A stretch of 64,000 nt of DNA from Octopus sinensis (taxonomy: Eukaryota), in contig NC_042997.1 in the NCBI RefSeq assembly GCF_006345805.1, forward strand, positions 148,738,001-148,802,000, written 5' to 3'. Positions within the stretch are counted from its first letter, which is position 1. Each line of letters opens with the position of its first letter. Positions 28,255 to 40,704 of the stretch are shown in pieces. The translations under genes were made by a program, and so were the position numbers. A model generated the notes under the pieces. It worked only from the letters and a program-made list of their open reading frames with translations, was not told where the DNA came from and ran no database searches.

Positions 28255-28450
28255 AAGAAAAACAAACAAAACAAAAGACGAAGACGAGTGTGCAAACAAC
28301 AAACAGCTTTGTTAGTTTAACGCTCGGAAAGAGAGAAAGTCTTTTACGTTTCGAGCCTACGCTCTTCAACAGAAAGGTACACAGAAATAAAGAGAGAGAG
28401 AAAATTAAAACAAAACAGTTTAGTGGATAGAGAAAATATAAAAGGTTTTG
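28255..28450 (-). mobile_element. Repeat family H, putative PLE-derived non-autonomous element
   Basis: Strong similarity to 50110-50295; abuts a TA/CA microsatellite; contains a hammerhead-like motif. Confidence 0.75.
28341..28376 (-). ncRNA. Minimal hammerhead-ribozyme-like motif (variant core CUGUUGA)
   Basis: Minus strand cttt-CTGTTGA-A-GAGC-gtag-GCTC-GAAAC-GTA-aaag: stem I cttt/aaag, stem II GAGC/GCTC, loopless helix III, GUA triplet. Confidence 0.55.
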
Positions 28451-28981
28451 CGCGAATCTCACAGTATTGTCTCTCAAACAGGTCAATATAAATGGAACAC
28501 TTTATTCCATACCAACACTTAATTCCATACCATGCAACTTCTTCGAGGGTGTCGAAAGCAATATGACGCACATAAAAGGTGCTATCTTTCGCTCTTCTCA
28601 AACTATTAATACTCACTATATTTCATCAGAGCATCTGGAATACGAGAGGACGTGATATTTGTTATTGAGGAGGTTGTCTTTATTCAAATATTTAATGTTG
28701 TTTTGTCTTTGTTTTCTTTTTTCTTTTCTTTTGTCTTTTCTTGCTGACTTCGAGCGCTTTACATTTGATGCTGAACAAGCTAATATCACCATAGTGATAT
28801 ATGGAAAATCGACCACGTGTGTTCTTGAAAAAAATGCATACCACAAATTTCTTCTGCAAGCTAGAAAGTAATTGTGCTGATGCCAAGAATTGGATAATAT
28901 TTCAATATTTTGTTAGCTTGATCTGACTTATCTAACATATGGAATACTAGAATACCGGTTTTCTACACACTAGTAGCAGTG

Positions 28982-29023
<42 letters not shown>

Positions 29024-29924
29024 TAGTAGTAGTAGTAGTAGTGTTGGTGTTGGTGTTGGTGGTGGCGGTGGCGGTGTTAATGCTGCTGGTGCTAGTAGTA
29101 GTAGTAGTGTTCTGATGATGGTATTTGTGTCGGTGTGATATCGGTATTGGCATTTCTAAGTTAATCTAATCTAGGTTTTATTAATCAAAATATTATCCTA
29201 ATTAGAACGTAAATATAGAATCAAGAAAACGCCATATAGCAAGGCTTATGTAATTTCCTTGATTCTCTGCTCCCGAATTTATATTACACAGAGGTTATCA
29301 CTGTCTTTCTCTTTATAATATTCGATGTATTATATAATATCTTGTATGAGAATCTTACAGTAATGAGATGCATTTACCAATGGTATTTATCTGAAGATAT
29401 ATGAACTCAGCAGAAAATACTTCATTAGTAATACGAATCATCTCTGTACAATATTGTGCATGTTGAAATTGACAGCTGATATTATAATTACCATATGATA
29501 ATCAGAAGAATCATACATTATTTAAAGTCATAATATTTGAACATGCTATATGGCCAAAGGTTATAATTGGAAAGGAATACTAAATACAACAGAGCGACAG
29601 ACGATGAGCATACAGAGAGAAAATTATTTTTGAAATCTGAAATTTCAGTATTTGAAATAATGTTTATCCATTGTTGTACAAGATTATAATCGAAGTTACT
29701 ACCGTCATGAATATTGCGTCATTATTGCAGATAGGAAATATATCTAGTAAAGTATTAACCAATGTTTCCTTTCATTGTTGAAGCCGTGTTGTAGGTCCCA
29801 ATTATACGTACGCTACTTGTCAGTGGTGTGTCGCACCATATGAGGCAATGGAAACTGAACAATACATTGCACTTTGTTTCTCGACGTGGTTGGGCAATTC
29901 GATGTAATATTGATTTCAAATTTT

Positions 29925-30090
29925 GGCGCAAAGGCCAGCAATATCGGAGGAGTGGGCAAGTCGAGTACATCGACCCCAGAATCTAACTGGAAGTTATTTT
30001 ACCGAAAATTGAACTACAAATCCACAGGCGGCCTAAATGCCGGTAAGCATTTTCTCCAGCGTGCTAAATATTTTGTTGCCTCGCTCCTTA
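29925..30090 (-). mobile_element. Decayed SINE S1
   Basis: tcgaccccagaatctaactgg...taagcatttttctccagcgtgctaa...ctcgctcctt resembles S1. Confidence 0.6.
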
Positions 30091-31699
30091 ATTCGAATTT
30101 AAATTAGTTGATAACATTATTAGTCAGATTTCGTTTTTGGATTTGGTTTGCAAGATTCTTTATGTGAGTTCGTGTGTTGAAGCATATTCTGTTGTGTCAC
30201 CAGACTATTGAAAAGGTTGCAAGACGCAAGGAAAATTTTAGAAAAATAAAATTAAGAAATAAGTGGAAATTTTACCGGTGCGTGTGTTACATAAAAAGGC
30301 ACAAAAAGAAAACGACTCTTCCCAGACACAACAGATTATAAGTCATGATTAGAAGCATATGAAATTCAAGATAAATCGAGCTTGGAAATGAAAAGTTTAA
30401 AAGAAATATGAAATAAATGACCATCATCTAACTTGCAGAATATTGGCAGAATACAGTGAAATACCACCCACTGCGTTCCAAGTGGCGTACTCTAAGAGAT
30501 CAATAGTTGTGTTTAGGAACACTGGTTCTGTAAATCAATTGTCTATATTCGTAGATTATAGCAAAATGCGCAGTTACAGGATTGAAATGAGATGATGCAT
30601 ATAGCAAAGCAAACAACTATTGCAATCCAACCCCACACATATATATATATACACATACATACATCCACACATACACACATACTAGTAAAAATACATACAT
30701 ATATACATAGATGCATACGTATATGTTAGTAAACACACGAAACAATTGCGAATATATTAGCGACTACAATTCTAGTAAAGCAACAATCGTAATATAAATT
30801 AAATAAATAAATGCAACAACATATTGAGAAGACATCACCCTCGCCACAAAGCAAACACAAGTACATGTTTGTGTGTAAATGATACGTATATGTGTGTGCA
30901 TGAATGCATGTATATGTATGTATGTAAACAATGGTTAGACGAAGATTGAGTTTGTATGTTACTACATTTCCTGTGTCAATATGCAGTTGTGTGTATTTTA
31001 TTAGATTGAATATATCATTGATTTTTGCTAACAATATATGTACATATGGGTGAGTGCGCATGCTTGAGTATATATTTGTATTTGTGTATATATCTGTGTT
31101 TACATTTGCGTGGTTATCTTATATATGTGTATGTGCGCGTTCGTATACGAGTAAGTATCTGTGTTTCTAGGCAATGTTGCGTGTGTATGCATGGGTGTAT
31201 GCATATGGTTGCGTGTATATTCTTGAGAATTTTGTTTCGCCAATTATCATCTCCCATATTGAATCACACAGCGTTTCGCGTTGTGTATGTAACTGATACT
31301 CAGAGGGATCCAAGGAGTGTAAGTGGAATTGGAAACACGCCGAATACTGGATAGACTGTGCATGTACTTCTACGAGATACTCATGTCACTTATGGTGGAA
31401 AATCTTATATATACGTGCAAGTAATGGTTATAACAAAACAAAAATGTTTTAGATCCACCATAAGCATTTTAAATTTTACACTTATCTTTATTTATGTTGA
31501 AAATTTGAACAATATACCACAGCCCTGTTTATATATCAAATATGATGGACTGTCCAGTCGAAGACGACGTATGAGAGTTCAGCTTTTTCGCCAAGCGACC
31601 TGCACAAATGCTTTGCTTATAGTAATCAAGTGTACATACTCTACGTTATCTCACTCTCTCCATCTAATCGACTTTGTCCGAAGAGATGCACGGTGCGCC

Positions 31700-31845
31700 A
31701 CTCGTCAGGTGTCTAAGTGACCGCAGTGCAACGTGAGATGAAGTCATTTGCTCAAGAACATAATGTCCCCCCTCCCTCAGGTCTAGGAAGTGAAACTACG
31801 ATCTCGCGACCGTGAGTGCAACACCCTGAACTATCACCAAATCAC
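31700..31845 (-). mobile_element. Decayed SINE S3-like 5' part
   Basis: gcaacgtgagatgaagtcatttgctcaagaaca...acgatctcgcgaccgtgagtg resembles the reverse-complemented S3 head and central domain. Confidence 0.55.
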
Positions 31846-31849
31846 ACCA

Positions 31850-31930
<81 letters not shown>

Positions 31931-32516
31931 ACTGTCTGCCTATATATAATGCGCGTGTGCGTAACTATATATATATATATATGTGCATGTATGTGTATGT
32001 CTGTGTGTGCGAATGTGTGCTTGGGTGTATGTGAGGGTACATAGCCCAGTGGCTACATCGCGAGATCGTGGTATCAATTACTAGATAAGATGGTGTATTG
32101 TGTTCTATAGAAAAACGCTGAACGTGAATATAAACTGCGATCGCTTCGACACCTAACTTTTGATACACCACCCACCGGTTTAAACAACGTAATTTTAATG
32201 GGAGTATATTATAAAAATAAAACGCTCATTTGTGAAAGCTTTTCAGCTATAAGTTGCGGAACCGTTTTCTCAGTCTATGAGAGATTAGCATATGTATATG
32301 TGCGTGTGTGTGTGTGTGTGTGTGTGCGTGTGTGTGTGTGTTTTGTGTTTGTGTTGTGTGTTGTGTATGTATTTCTGTGCGACTTTTGTGACAAAGGTAC
32401 AAATAAGTGCTTCAGTGTGAAAGCAATAATCAATGCATTTCCTTCACTGCCGGCCCCATATCGTAAAATGTTTACCACTCCTGAAAATCCGAAGAGACTT
32501 AAGTACAATATTTCAT

Positions 32517-32898
32517 TTTCTACTCTAAGCACAAAGCCCGAATGTTTTTTTTTTTTTTTGAGTGGGGTGGCAGTCGATTACTTCGACCCCTGTACGAAAC
32601 TGGTACTTAATTTATGGACCTCGGCGCAAAGTCGACCTCGGCGGAATTTGAACTCAGAACGTAGAGGCAGACGAAATACCCATTTCTTTACTACCCACAA
32701 GGGGCTAAATACAGATAGGACAATCAAGGACAGACAAACGGATAAATCGATTATATCGACCCCAGTGCGTAACTGGTACTTATTTAATCGACCCCGAAAG
32801 GATGAAAGGCAAAGTCGACCTCGGCTGAATTTGAACTCAGAACGTAGCGGCAGACGAAATACCGCCCGGCGTGCTAACGTTTCTGCTAGCTCGCCGCC
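32517..32898 (-). mobile_element. Dimeric SINE S1 composite
   Basis: Two tandem S1 units; same architecture and junction as 53870-54247. Confidence 0.85.
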
Positions 32899-33524
32899 TT
32901 ACAAATACAATATTCTTTCTTTTATTTAATGCATAAAGCCCAAATTGTTGATAGTGTCCTGTTGGTTCGCCATTTCTAGAATGATCCCAAGCACACACAC
33001 AATATATGTATCGTAACAAGTTCCAGTCGAAGTACGATTAATTCCGTTGCTTATTAGAGTGCTTATTCTTTAGTGTCTAAAAAACTCGAACGGATATTAT
33101 GGTCAAAATAATATGCGTATACACATGCTCATACACGTACGCAATCGAATACGAACACATAAGCATGCAAAAATATGCATAAAATTGCATAAGCTTGCAC
33201 TATATTCATATACATATTTTAATATATACGTATATTTATATACACGTATTAAATTATTAAATCTATATAAGTATACATACCCCCCCCCACACACACACAT
33301 ATATATATATACAATTACAAACAGCATACATTTCTATATACAGACATATTTATTATATAAACATGTGTATTTATATGTAAATACCTACCTACATCAATAC
33401 ACACATGCTCGTGCACATACACACACAGAGAGTGTAATAGGTGTATGAATTCATATCAGTATACAAGTATACGGAGTACGTTTCTGCTTTATAGGAATAT
33501 ATATTGACACTTGTATTCACTTAC

Positions 33525-33599
33525 GTTCTGTCGAATGTCACACAATACAGGAATTGATAGCCTTCGGGAATACTTGTCAAACACTTGCCTTAACTTAAC
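33525..33599 (-). CDS. Candidate coding exon (VKLRQVFDKYSRRLSIPVLCDIRQN)
   Basis: cacagcag acceptor, AAC|gtaagt donor, 75 nt, phase 0-0, open frame. No homology recognised. Confidence 0.25.
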
Positions 33600-34595
33600 C
33601 TGCTGTGTTTAAAATGATTTATGTTTCCTCTCAAATAAATCATTCTCAACTATGATGTTTAAAATTTGCAAACAAGGAGGGAAAATCGAATGAAGCATAT
33701 AAATGTCGACCATTTTGTGATAAGATGCCATCAAAATTGTTGACCTGCTAAATTTGTCTTAAAGGAACGAGAGAACTTATGCTTCAAATTTAATGATGCT
33801 GCAGCTACAGTGCTTCTTGATCTACAGTAGGATGCAGTAATTCTTTAAGCGTACAATATAGTTTGGGTGGGAGTGTTTAGTATTTTTCAGTCCTACAAAG
33901 AGAAAGGGAGAGAGAGAAAGAATATTGCATTTCTGGTTTCTTGTCATAGTTTCCTTTCTTTCTCTCTCCCCATCTTTCTCTCTGCTTCTATCTATGTATC
34001 TATCTATCTCTCTATCGCTTTCTCTTTTACTAAATATGGCTTATATGTGACAAATTACGAGTATTATATTTAACATTATGCCACATATTGTTACTTCTTG
34101 ATATTTAACAGAATTACAAATGATATCAATAAATGAGCTATTTGTACAAATGTAAATAATAGTTGTTGCAGCTACACCCGACTATATTATTGAGTACTAT
34201 ACCCTCAAGTCTGCGATGTGAAGTTTCAGAGCAATTTCACATTTATTTCAGAATATCAAGCTTACTTCATTCTATATAGAGATTTTATATATGTCCAAAT
34301 TGCAATGACAACAACATTTATCCAACTTCATGCAAACAAGTATCATGGAAGCTCAGCTAAGAGCCTCACACATGCTTGTACCATATATTTATAAATTCTA
34401 CATGCCTAGTGTGTCAGGAGCATACTAAAGAAATCGCGATATTTCACACTTGACACAGCGGGGTTTTTAAGACGTGAGGGAGACACAGGTACACATTACG
34501 GCCGAATGGCCTTGCGTAACGTGAAATGATTTATCCAGTATTGAAATGCAATGCTCAGCACCTTATCTATATTCGAAATTGGTGTGTTTTTTTAT

Positions 34596-34636
<41 letters not shown>

Positions 34637-35469
34637 CAAGCTGTTGCCAACACTTTGCTGCACAGAGAAATCCTGACAGCAAGTAAACGTGTATCATTAT
34701 TTATAGCACATAGATATGTTACCATTATACCTTGATGTCTTACACAAACACCATACTTCAAATAGTTTTATGTAAATGTATTAATGTATTTAGAGTTACA
34801 CAATTTCTATACTTCCTTGTATATTAATTATACGTACTGACTCTCGAAGTGCATTAAGTAGTGTCGCCAATATGAAGGATAATGTAAGATAAAACAGTTG
34901 AATGTCGATACATACGATTGTTATGAGGAGTAGAAAGCCTTGTATTTTATATGTTTATCCTTCAAAAGAAGAATAGAAAGAACAGAAACAAAACGAATCA
35001 GCTTATTTCATTTCACTGTTAATCGACCTATTCCTTCATTTTGTATAGTTAGAGCCACATTATTCGTTGTTTCCATCCTCTTTTTATGAGGATATTTCAA
35101 GGCAATTTTCCTGGTTATATTTACTGGGTGAACCCTACATAAGTGTTCCACGCTAGCTGAAAGCCGAAAATGTTGAAATGTCAAAGAATGATGCAAGAAT
35201 AGCATTAAATAACAGAAAGGCTACACAGTTAGTATAATGCTTCAACTGACTGATGTTCCAGCGGATCACATCATAAATGCATTTTTGACAAACACAAGCC
35301 AACTTGAAAGGGTCTATGCAGTCGCTCAGGCTGCTAAAAATGGCGGCGAAAAATAAGCTGAATCACTGAAATGTGTAGAAGGATATATTGGAAAATTTGG
35401 TTTGAGTTTTAAAGGTCATTAGAAGAAAAAGAATAGCAGATGTCTTGTTCATAAAATATATTTTCTCAA

Positions 35470-36535
35470 ACATCGGTTGGATCGGAACAGATCTAAGACT
35501 AGACAAGTAATTGTGATGAGCAGCACTGAAATGTACTTAGATTCGAGCACGAAATATTTGCAGCTAGTACGTGTCAGATATAGTACCTGCGCAGACTGAG
35601 ACTGTTCCTCAAGTCGAGATTAAACGGACGGGCCCAGATTGAAGCTATCAATACCTGAACGGTTTCACTCTTTAGATATGGAGCAAATGTAATCGCATGG
35701 ACAGCAGACGAAGTAAAAAGCCTAGACAGAAAGACAAGGAAGTTGCTGACTAGATATGGGATACTCCACGCAAAAGTGACACAGACAGACTGTATGTACC
35801 AAGAAAAAGGGGATTAGGACTGATTGGATGCGAACACAGAATTAAAGCAGAAAAAAAGCAACATAGTATGTTATGTAAAAAATGTCTCTGAACCGCTATT
35901 ATTAGACGTAGAGGATGCAAGATTGCAAAGATAAAGCACTGTACAAGCACTTGAGAATAAATGAAACTGAAAATAGGTAGCTAACGAAAAGAATGCATAG
36001 ACAATTTTATAGGGATTATGAAGATAAGATAGACAGATAAAAACAGATGGCTATGGATGACCAAATGTGACTTAAACCCGAAAGCGTCATCAAAAATGAT
36101 TATGTAAATATCATGTGAGATTTTATGATTCAGTGCGACCATGTGATAGAGAATAGGAAACGATGATGGATCATAAAGAAAGCAAACGATGATGGATCAT
36201 AGATATAGCATGCCCAGCTGACAACAAGGTATGCGATAAACAAGAAAGAAATTCGATAGATATGACAGGTTAGCTTAGGAGGTTAAGGGGTTGTGGTCAC
36301 TGAAGAAGGTGGTAGTAGTAAAACCCGGGAAAAGTGATAAAAATGTTGAGAAGTGCATGGAATAAATACGGGTTGCAATAAGTTTTGAGCACTTGCAGAA
36401 GCAGCACTGCTTGGAACCACTTGAATACGCCGGATGGTGCTTCAAAAATGAAGAGCGTTACTTTAGTTCACTGGTAGCGAACAGCTGACACCGTAGTGCA
36501 TCTCCAGCGTTAGAAACTGTGCAAAGACAATAACA
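35470..36535 (+). mobile_element. Decayed R4-like LINE 3' portion, second family
   Basis: LFLKSRLNGRAQIEAINT, FRYGANVIAWTADEVKSLDRKTRKLLTRYGILH, KSDTDRLYVPRK and GLGLIGCE; ends in a 3' UTR and TAA tail. Clearly diverged from the Dong copies. Confidence 0.8.
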
Positions 36536-36563
36536 CAATAATAATAATAATATAATAATAATA

Positions 36564-36601
<38 letters not shown>

Positions 36602-36731
36602 AAAGATGGTGGTGATGATGATGATAATGCTGCTGCTGCTACTGCTGTTGCTGCTTCTCCTGATGATGACGATGATGATGATAATAATAATAATAATAAT
36701 AATGATAATAATAATAATAATAATAATAGTA

Positions 36732-36800
<69 letters not shown>
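36535..36800. repeat. Compound (TAA)n/(TGA)n microsatellite
   Basis: Seen directly. Confidence 0.95.
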
Positions 36801-36803
<3 letters not shown>

Positions 36804-38369
36804 CGCCAAAGTAAAAATGCGCCAAAGTAACCATGAAAAGAGGAAAACTAATTAAGAGTAACAACATCACACTAGATAAAACCAATGAAATAAAAGAATT
36901 AGACCAAAGCCAAACTTACAAATACTTAGGAATCCATGAACTAGATAAGACACAACACACACAAATGAAAGAGAAAATAAAAAAAGAATATTATAGACGA
37001 GTTAGATCAATACTAAAAACAGAGCTCAATGCTAAAAACAAGATAATATGTATCAACACTTTAGCTGTCCCAGTTATAAGTTACAGCTACAATATCCTTA
37101 ACTGGACACGAAATGAACTGTCCAAAATAGATAGGAAAACAAGAAAAATACTGACAGGATCTAGGATGCATCACCCAAAATCTGACATAGAAAGACTATA
37201 TATACAACGTATAGAAGGTGGTAGAGGCCTTATACAGCTGGAAAACTACTATAAAATAACCACCATAGGACTGCAAAAATACCTACTTCAGAAGGAAGGA
37301 AAACTGATCCAGATAGCAGCAAAACACGAGCAAAACATAAAACTGTTCTCAGTATTTAAGGAAGCTGACAAATACAAACGAGAAATCATACCACCTAATA
37401 AACACAACGAAGAAGAAGAAGATGATGAAGAAACAACAAAAGCTATAAAACAAATGAAATCCAAACTAAAAATAGAACAGCAACGAGCCATGATAAAACG
37501 ATGGCAAGAAAAACCCCTTCATGGTAAATACTGCACTAAACTAAACGCAAAAGAAATAGACAAAGAAAAATCCCAGCAATGGTTGAGAAGCTCAGGACTC
37601 AAAGCAGAAACAGAGGGATTTTTAATTGCAGCACAAGACCAAAGCCTCCCCACCAGAAATTACCAAAAACATGTAATGAAAAGAAATATTACAAGTAACT
37701 GCAGAATATGTGGAGATGGACAAGAAACAATAAATCATATTATGTCTAGCTGCCCAGTCCTGGCTAAGAAGGAATATATTCACAGACATGACAGAGTTGG
37801 AACCTACATACATTGGAAGCTATGCCAACATTATGGAATAACAACAGAAAAAAGATGGTATAGGCACACACCAGAAAAGGTCACAGAAAACGAGAAAGCA
37901 ACCATACTCTGGGATATGCCGATACACACAGATAGAGAAATTAAGGCCAACAGACCAGATATAGTTGTCAGAGATCATGAAGAAAAAAATGCTTTCTAAT
38001 TGATGTATCAATACCGGCAGATGACAACGTGTCTCTAAAAGAAATGGAGAAACTCTCAAAATACAAAGACCTGGAAATAGAGGTAACTAGAATGTGGAAC
38101 CTGAAAACAGAAACAATTCCTATCATAGTAGGTGCATTAGGCATGATAAAAAAATATTCAGACTAATACATAACAAAAACACCAGGACTTACAAACACAT
38201 ATAACATACAGAAAATTGCACTACTTGGCACTGCACACATCCTACGCAGAACACTTTCCATACAATAACCATCAGAGCATCACAACAAATCACAGCACAT
38301 ACCCAAGGCACACAGAGCTGCGCTCAGTAGTGAAGTGAAAGCACGCTATAAAAATAAAACTACTGAATA
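36800..38369 (+). mobile_element. R4/Dong-clade non-LTR retrotransposon, copy 2 (5'-truncated, about 1.57 kb)
   Basis: The 388-aa ORF 36833-37999 is nearly identical to the C-terminal part of copy 1. It has the same frameshift at about 37990, an extra AAA>TAA stop at 38164-38166, the same 3' UTR and a (TAA)n tail. Confidence 0.95.
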
Positions 38370-38377
38370 ATAATAAT

Positions 38378-38420
<43 letters not shown>

Positions 38421-38489
38421 TTAATAATAATAGTAATAATAATAATAGTAATGATAATAATAGTAATGATAATAATAATGATAACATTA

Positions 38490-39220
38490 GTGAGAAAAAA
38501 ACAGCCGGAGCAAAGAACTGCGCGGTGAGTATCTAATACAATTGTAGGACGTTGCAGCAGAGGAATCTTGGCTATAACTAAATAAATGAGACCTTAAGAA
38601 AAAAATGGAAGCACTCATAATAGAGGCTCTAAGCCATACGTTGCGGAGGAATATCATTAAGGCAAAATCGACAAACCCTTAAAATTGCCAAGTGCAGAGG
38701 ATGTAATTTAAAAGAGGAACCCGTTATGCCCACAATGTGTTCCAGTAGTCCGTTGGTGCAGAAGGAATATAGACACAGACACGACTTTGTGAACAAGGCA
38801 CTACACTGTGACATTACGGAAAAGATAATTTAAAGTGGGAGGAAATTGATACCAACATCCATCAACAAGTGTAATAGAGAACACTGACTGCAAGATCCTA
38901 CGGGATTTCAATTAACAGACTGATCACTAACTTCACCCAATGCGACCAGATATCGTTCTGGACAAGGGGTTAAAATGTGGCATCATAATAGATATGACTG
39001 TATCTCTGGATATGAATGTAGCGGTCAAATAACATGATGACTTTGGAAAATACTGAGCTTTGGCTATGGAAATACGGAGGCTGTTGAGGGTTTTTACAAA
39101 AGTAATACTATTTTTTATAGGTGTCCTAGGTACCACCTCAAAATACATGGCCGTTCACTTAAGGAGATTGGTGTAACTACGGGATACTCAGGTGTCTGCT
39201 CAAATGGGAACATCAAGTAC
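38490..39220 (+). mobile_element. Decayed R4-like LINE 3' portion, third family
   Basis: LKKKMEALII, KCRGC..KEEPV (zinc knuckle), QKEYRHRHDFVNKALH, ENTDCKILRDF, RPDIV and IDMTV, with stops and frameshifts. Confidence 0.75.
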
Positions 39221-39367
39221 GTGGTTTTGACTTGGTATCAAGGATATTTATTCCGAATGTAAAACATTCGTGCATACCATGAATAATAATGATAGTAATA
39301 ACGGCAGCATTAATATTTGCGCAATGGCCAGTGTTACTTCCTGTGGCTATCAATGTCAGTGCAACAT

Positions 39368-39576
39368 AAGGCAGCGACCTGGCAGAAACGTTAGCACGCC
39401 TGGCGAGATGCTTAGCAGTATTTCGTCTGTCATACGCTCTGAGTTCAAATTCCACTGAGGTCGACTTTGCCTTTCATCATTTCGAGGTCGATAAATTATG
39501 TACAAGTTGCGTACTGGGGTCGATCTCATCGACTGGCCCTCTTTCCTCAAAATTTCGGGTCCAGAGTAGAAAAGAA
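39368..39576 (+). mobile_element. SINE S1
   Basis: ggcagcgacctggcagaaacgttagcacgcc...gagttcaaattccactgaggtcgactttgcc. Confidence 0.88.
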
Positions 39577-40627
39577 TATGAGTGTAACATTTTCAGATGA
39601 TAAGCTGAATTTTATCGCATAGGACAGTCATACGAGTGCGTTCTGATGCAGACTTTTAGTTAACAGACGGTTGGTATGACGTGCAGTTAGCATGATAATG
39701 GTCATATGTAAGATACTGATCTTTAGCAGTTAATTTTCAAAGAATTATATTTCCATTCCTTTACATTTGACGGTCACATCCTATCTCGATTTTTATAGAG
39801 TTAATCATTTTACAAATGAGAGAATTCTTTTATAGTGCATATAATGAGTCCAGCATGATATTTTATCATCTACTAGCATATATTCTTCACCATGTTATAT
39901 TGCTTCAATAATTGGTAAAATGGAATTAGAATGAGACTAAACATTGGAAATTGTTTATATATTCCAACAGCGATTTTACACGCGACACCTTATATTTAGA
40001 TAAAGAACAGCTATAATGAACTATTATTAAGATATCAATGGGAAGCTGCCATTAAGACAAATTTAAATTTTCGATAATTTCTCCTCATCGAGGAAAACAT
40101 TATGAGACAATTGAGTGTAAAATCGATTCTCCTAATTGCAGACCTTTCATGATCCTACTCTTTAGAAATTTTGGCACAGTTCAAGGCCAATTAAGAGAGA
40201 TATATTTCTTTGTAATCATGAGAAGTATAATTTTCATTTAGATATTCTACAATGATAAACATTTCATTGCAAAGGAAGTAATAAGTATGATTATATTTGT
40301 TAACGAGCTGCATACGCTGAGGGGACGCTTCGTGACCACCGAAAGAATTAATACGCAATGTGCTAAATTTTAAACTTTACAAAACAATTTTTTGTTGTGT
40401 ATGGCAAATTATACAATTAAAATCGGAAAATAGTAGCCATTCTCAACTTTGATATTTAGTGTAATAGACCATATAGAATCCTGTTTAACGCTTGTTTATT
40501 TTACATTTAGTCGAAGAGATTTGAATTACTATATACGCTCCTACAATTGAACATAAGACTCTGTATCAAGAAACGAAGTTCCAACTAGCCCCCGCTCTCT
40601 CTCTCTCGCTCCCTCTTAATAACGAAT

Positions 40628-40704
<77 letters not shown>

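Noticed and set aside
28570-28635. CTGATGA...GCGAAAG on the minus strand, hammerhead-like
   Set aside because: No credible stem II, and too few nucleotides for helix III plus the NUH triplet.
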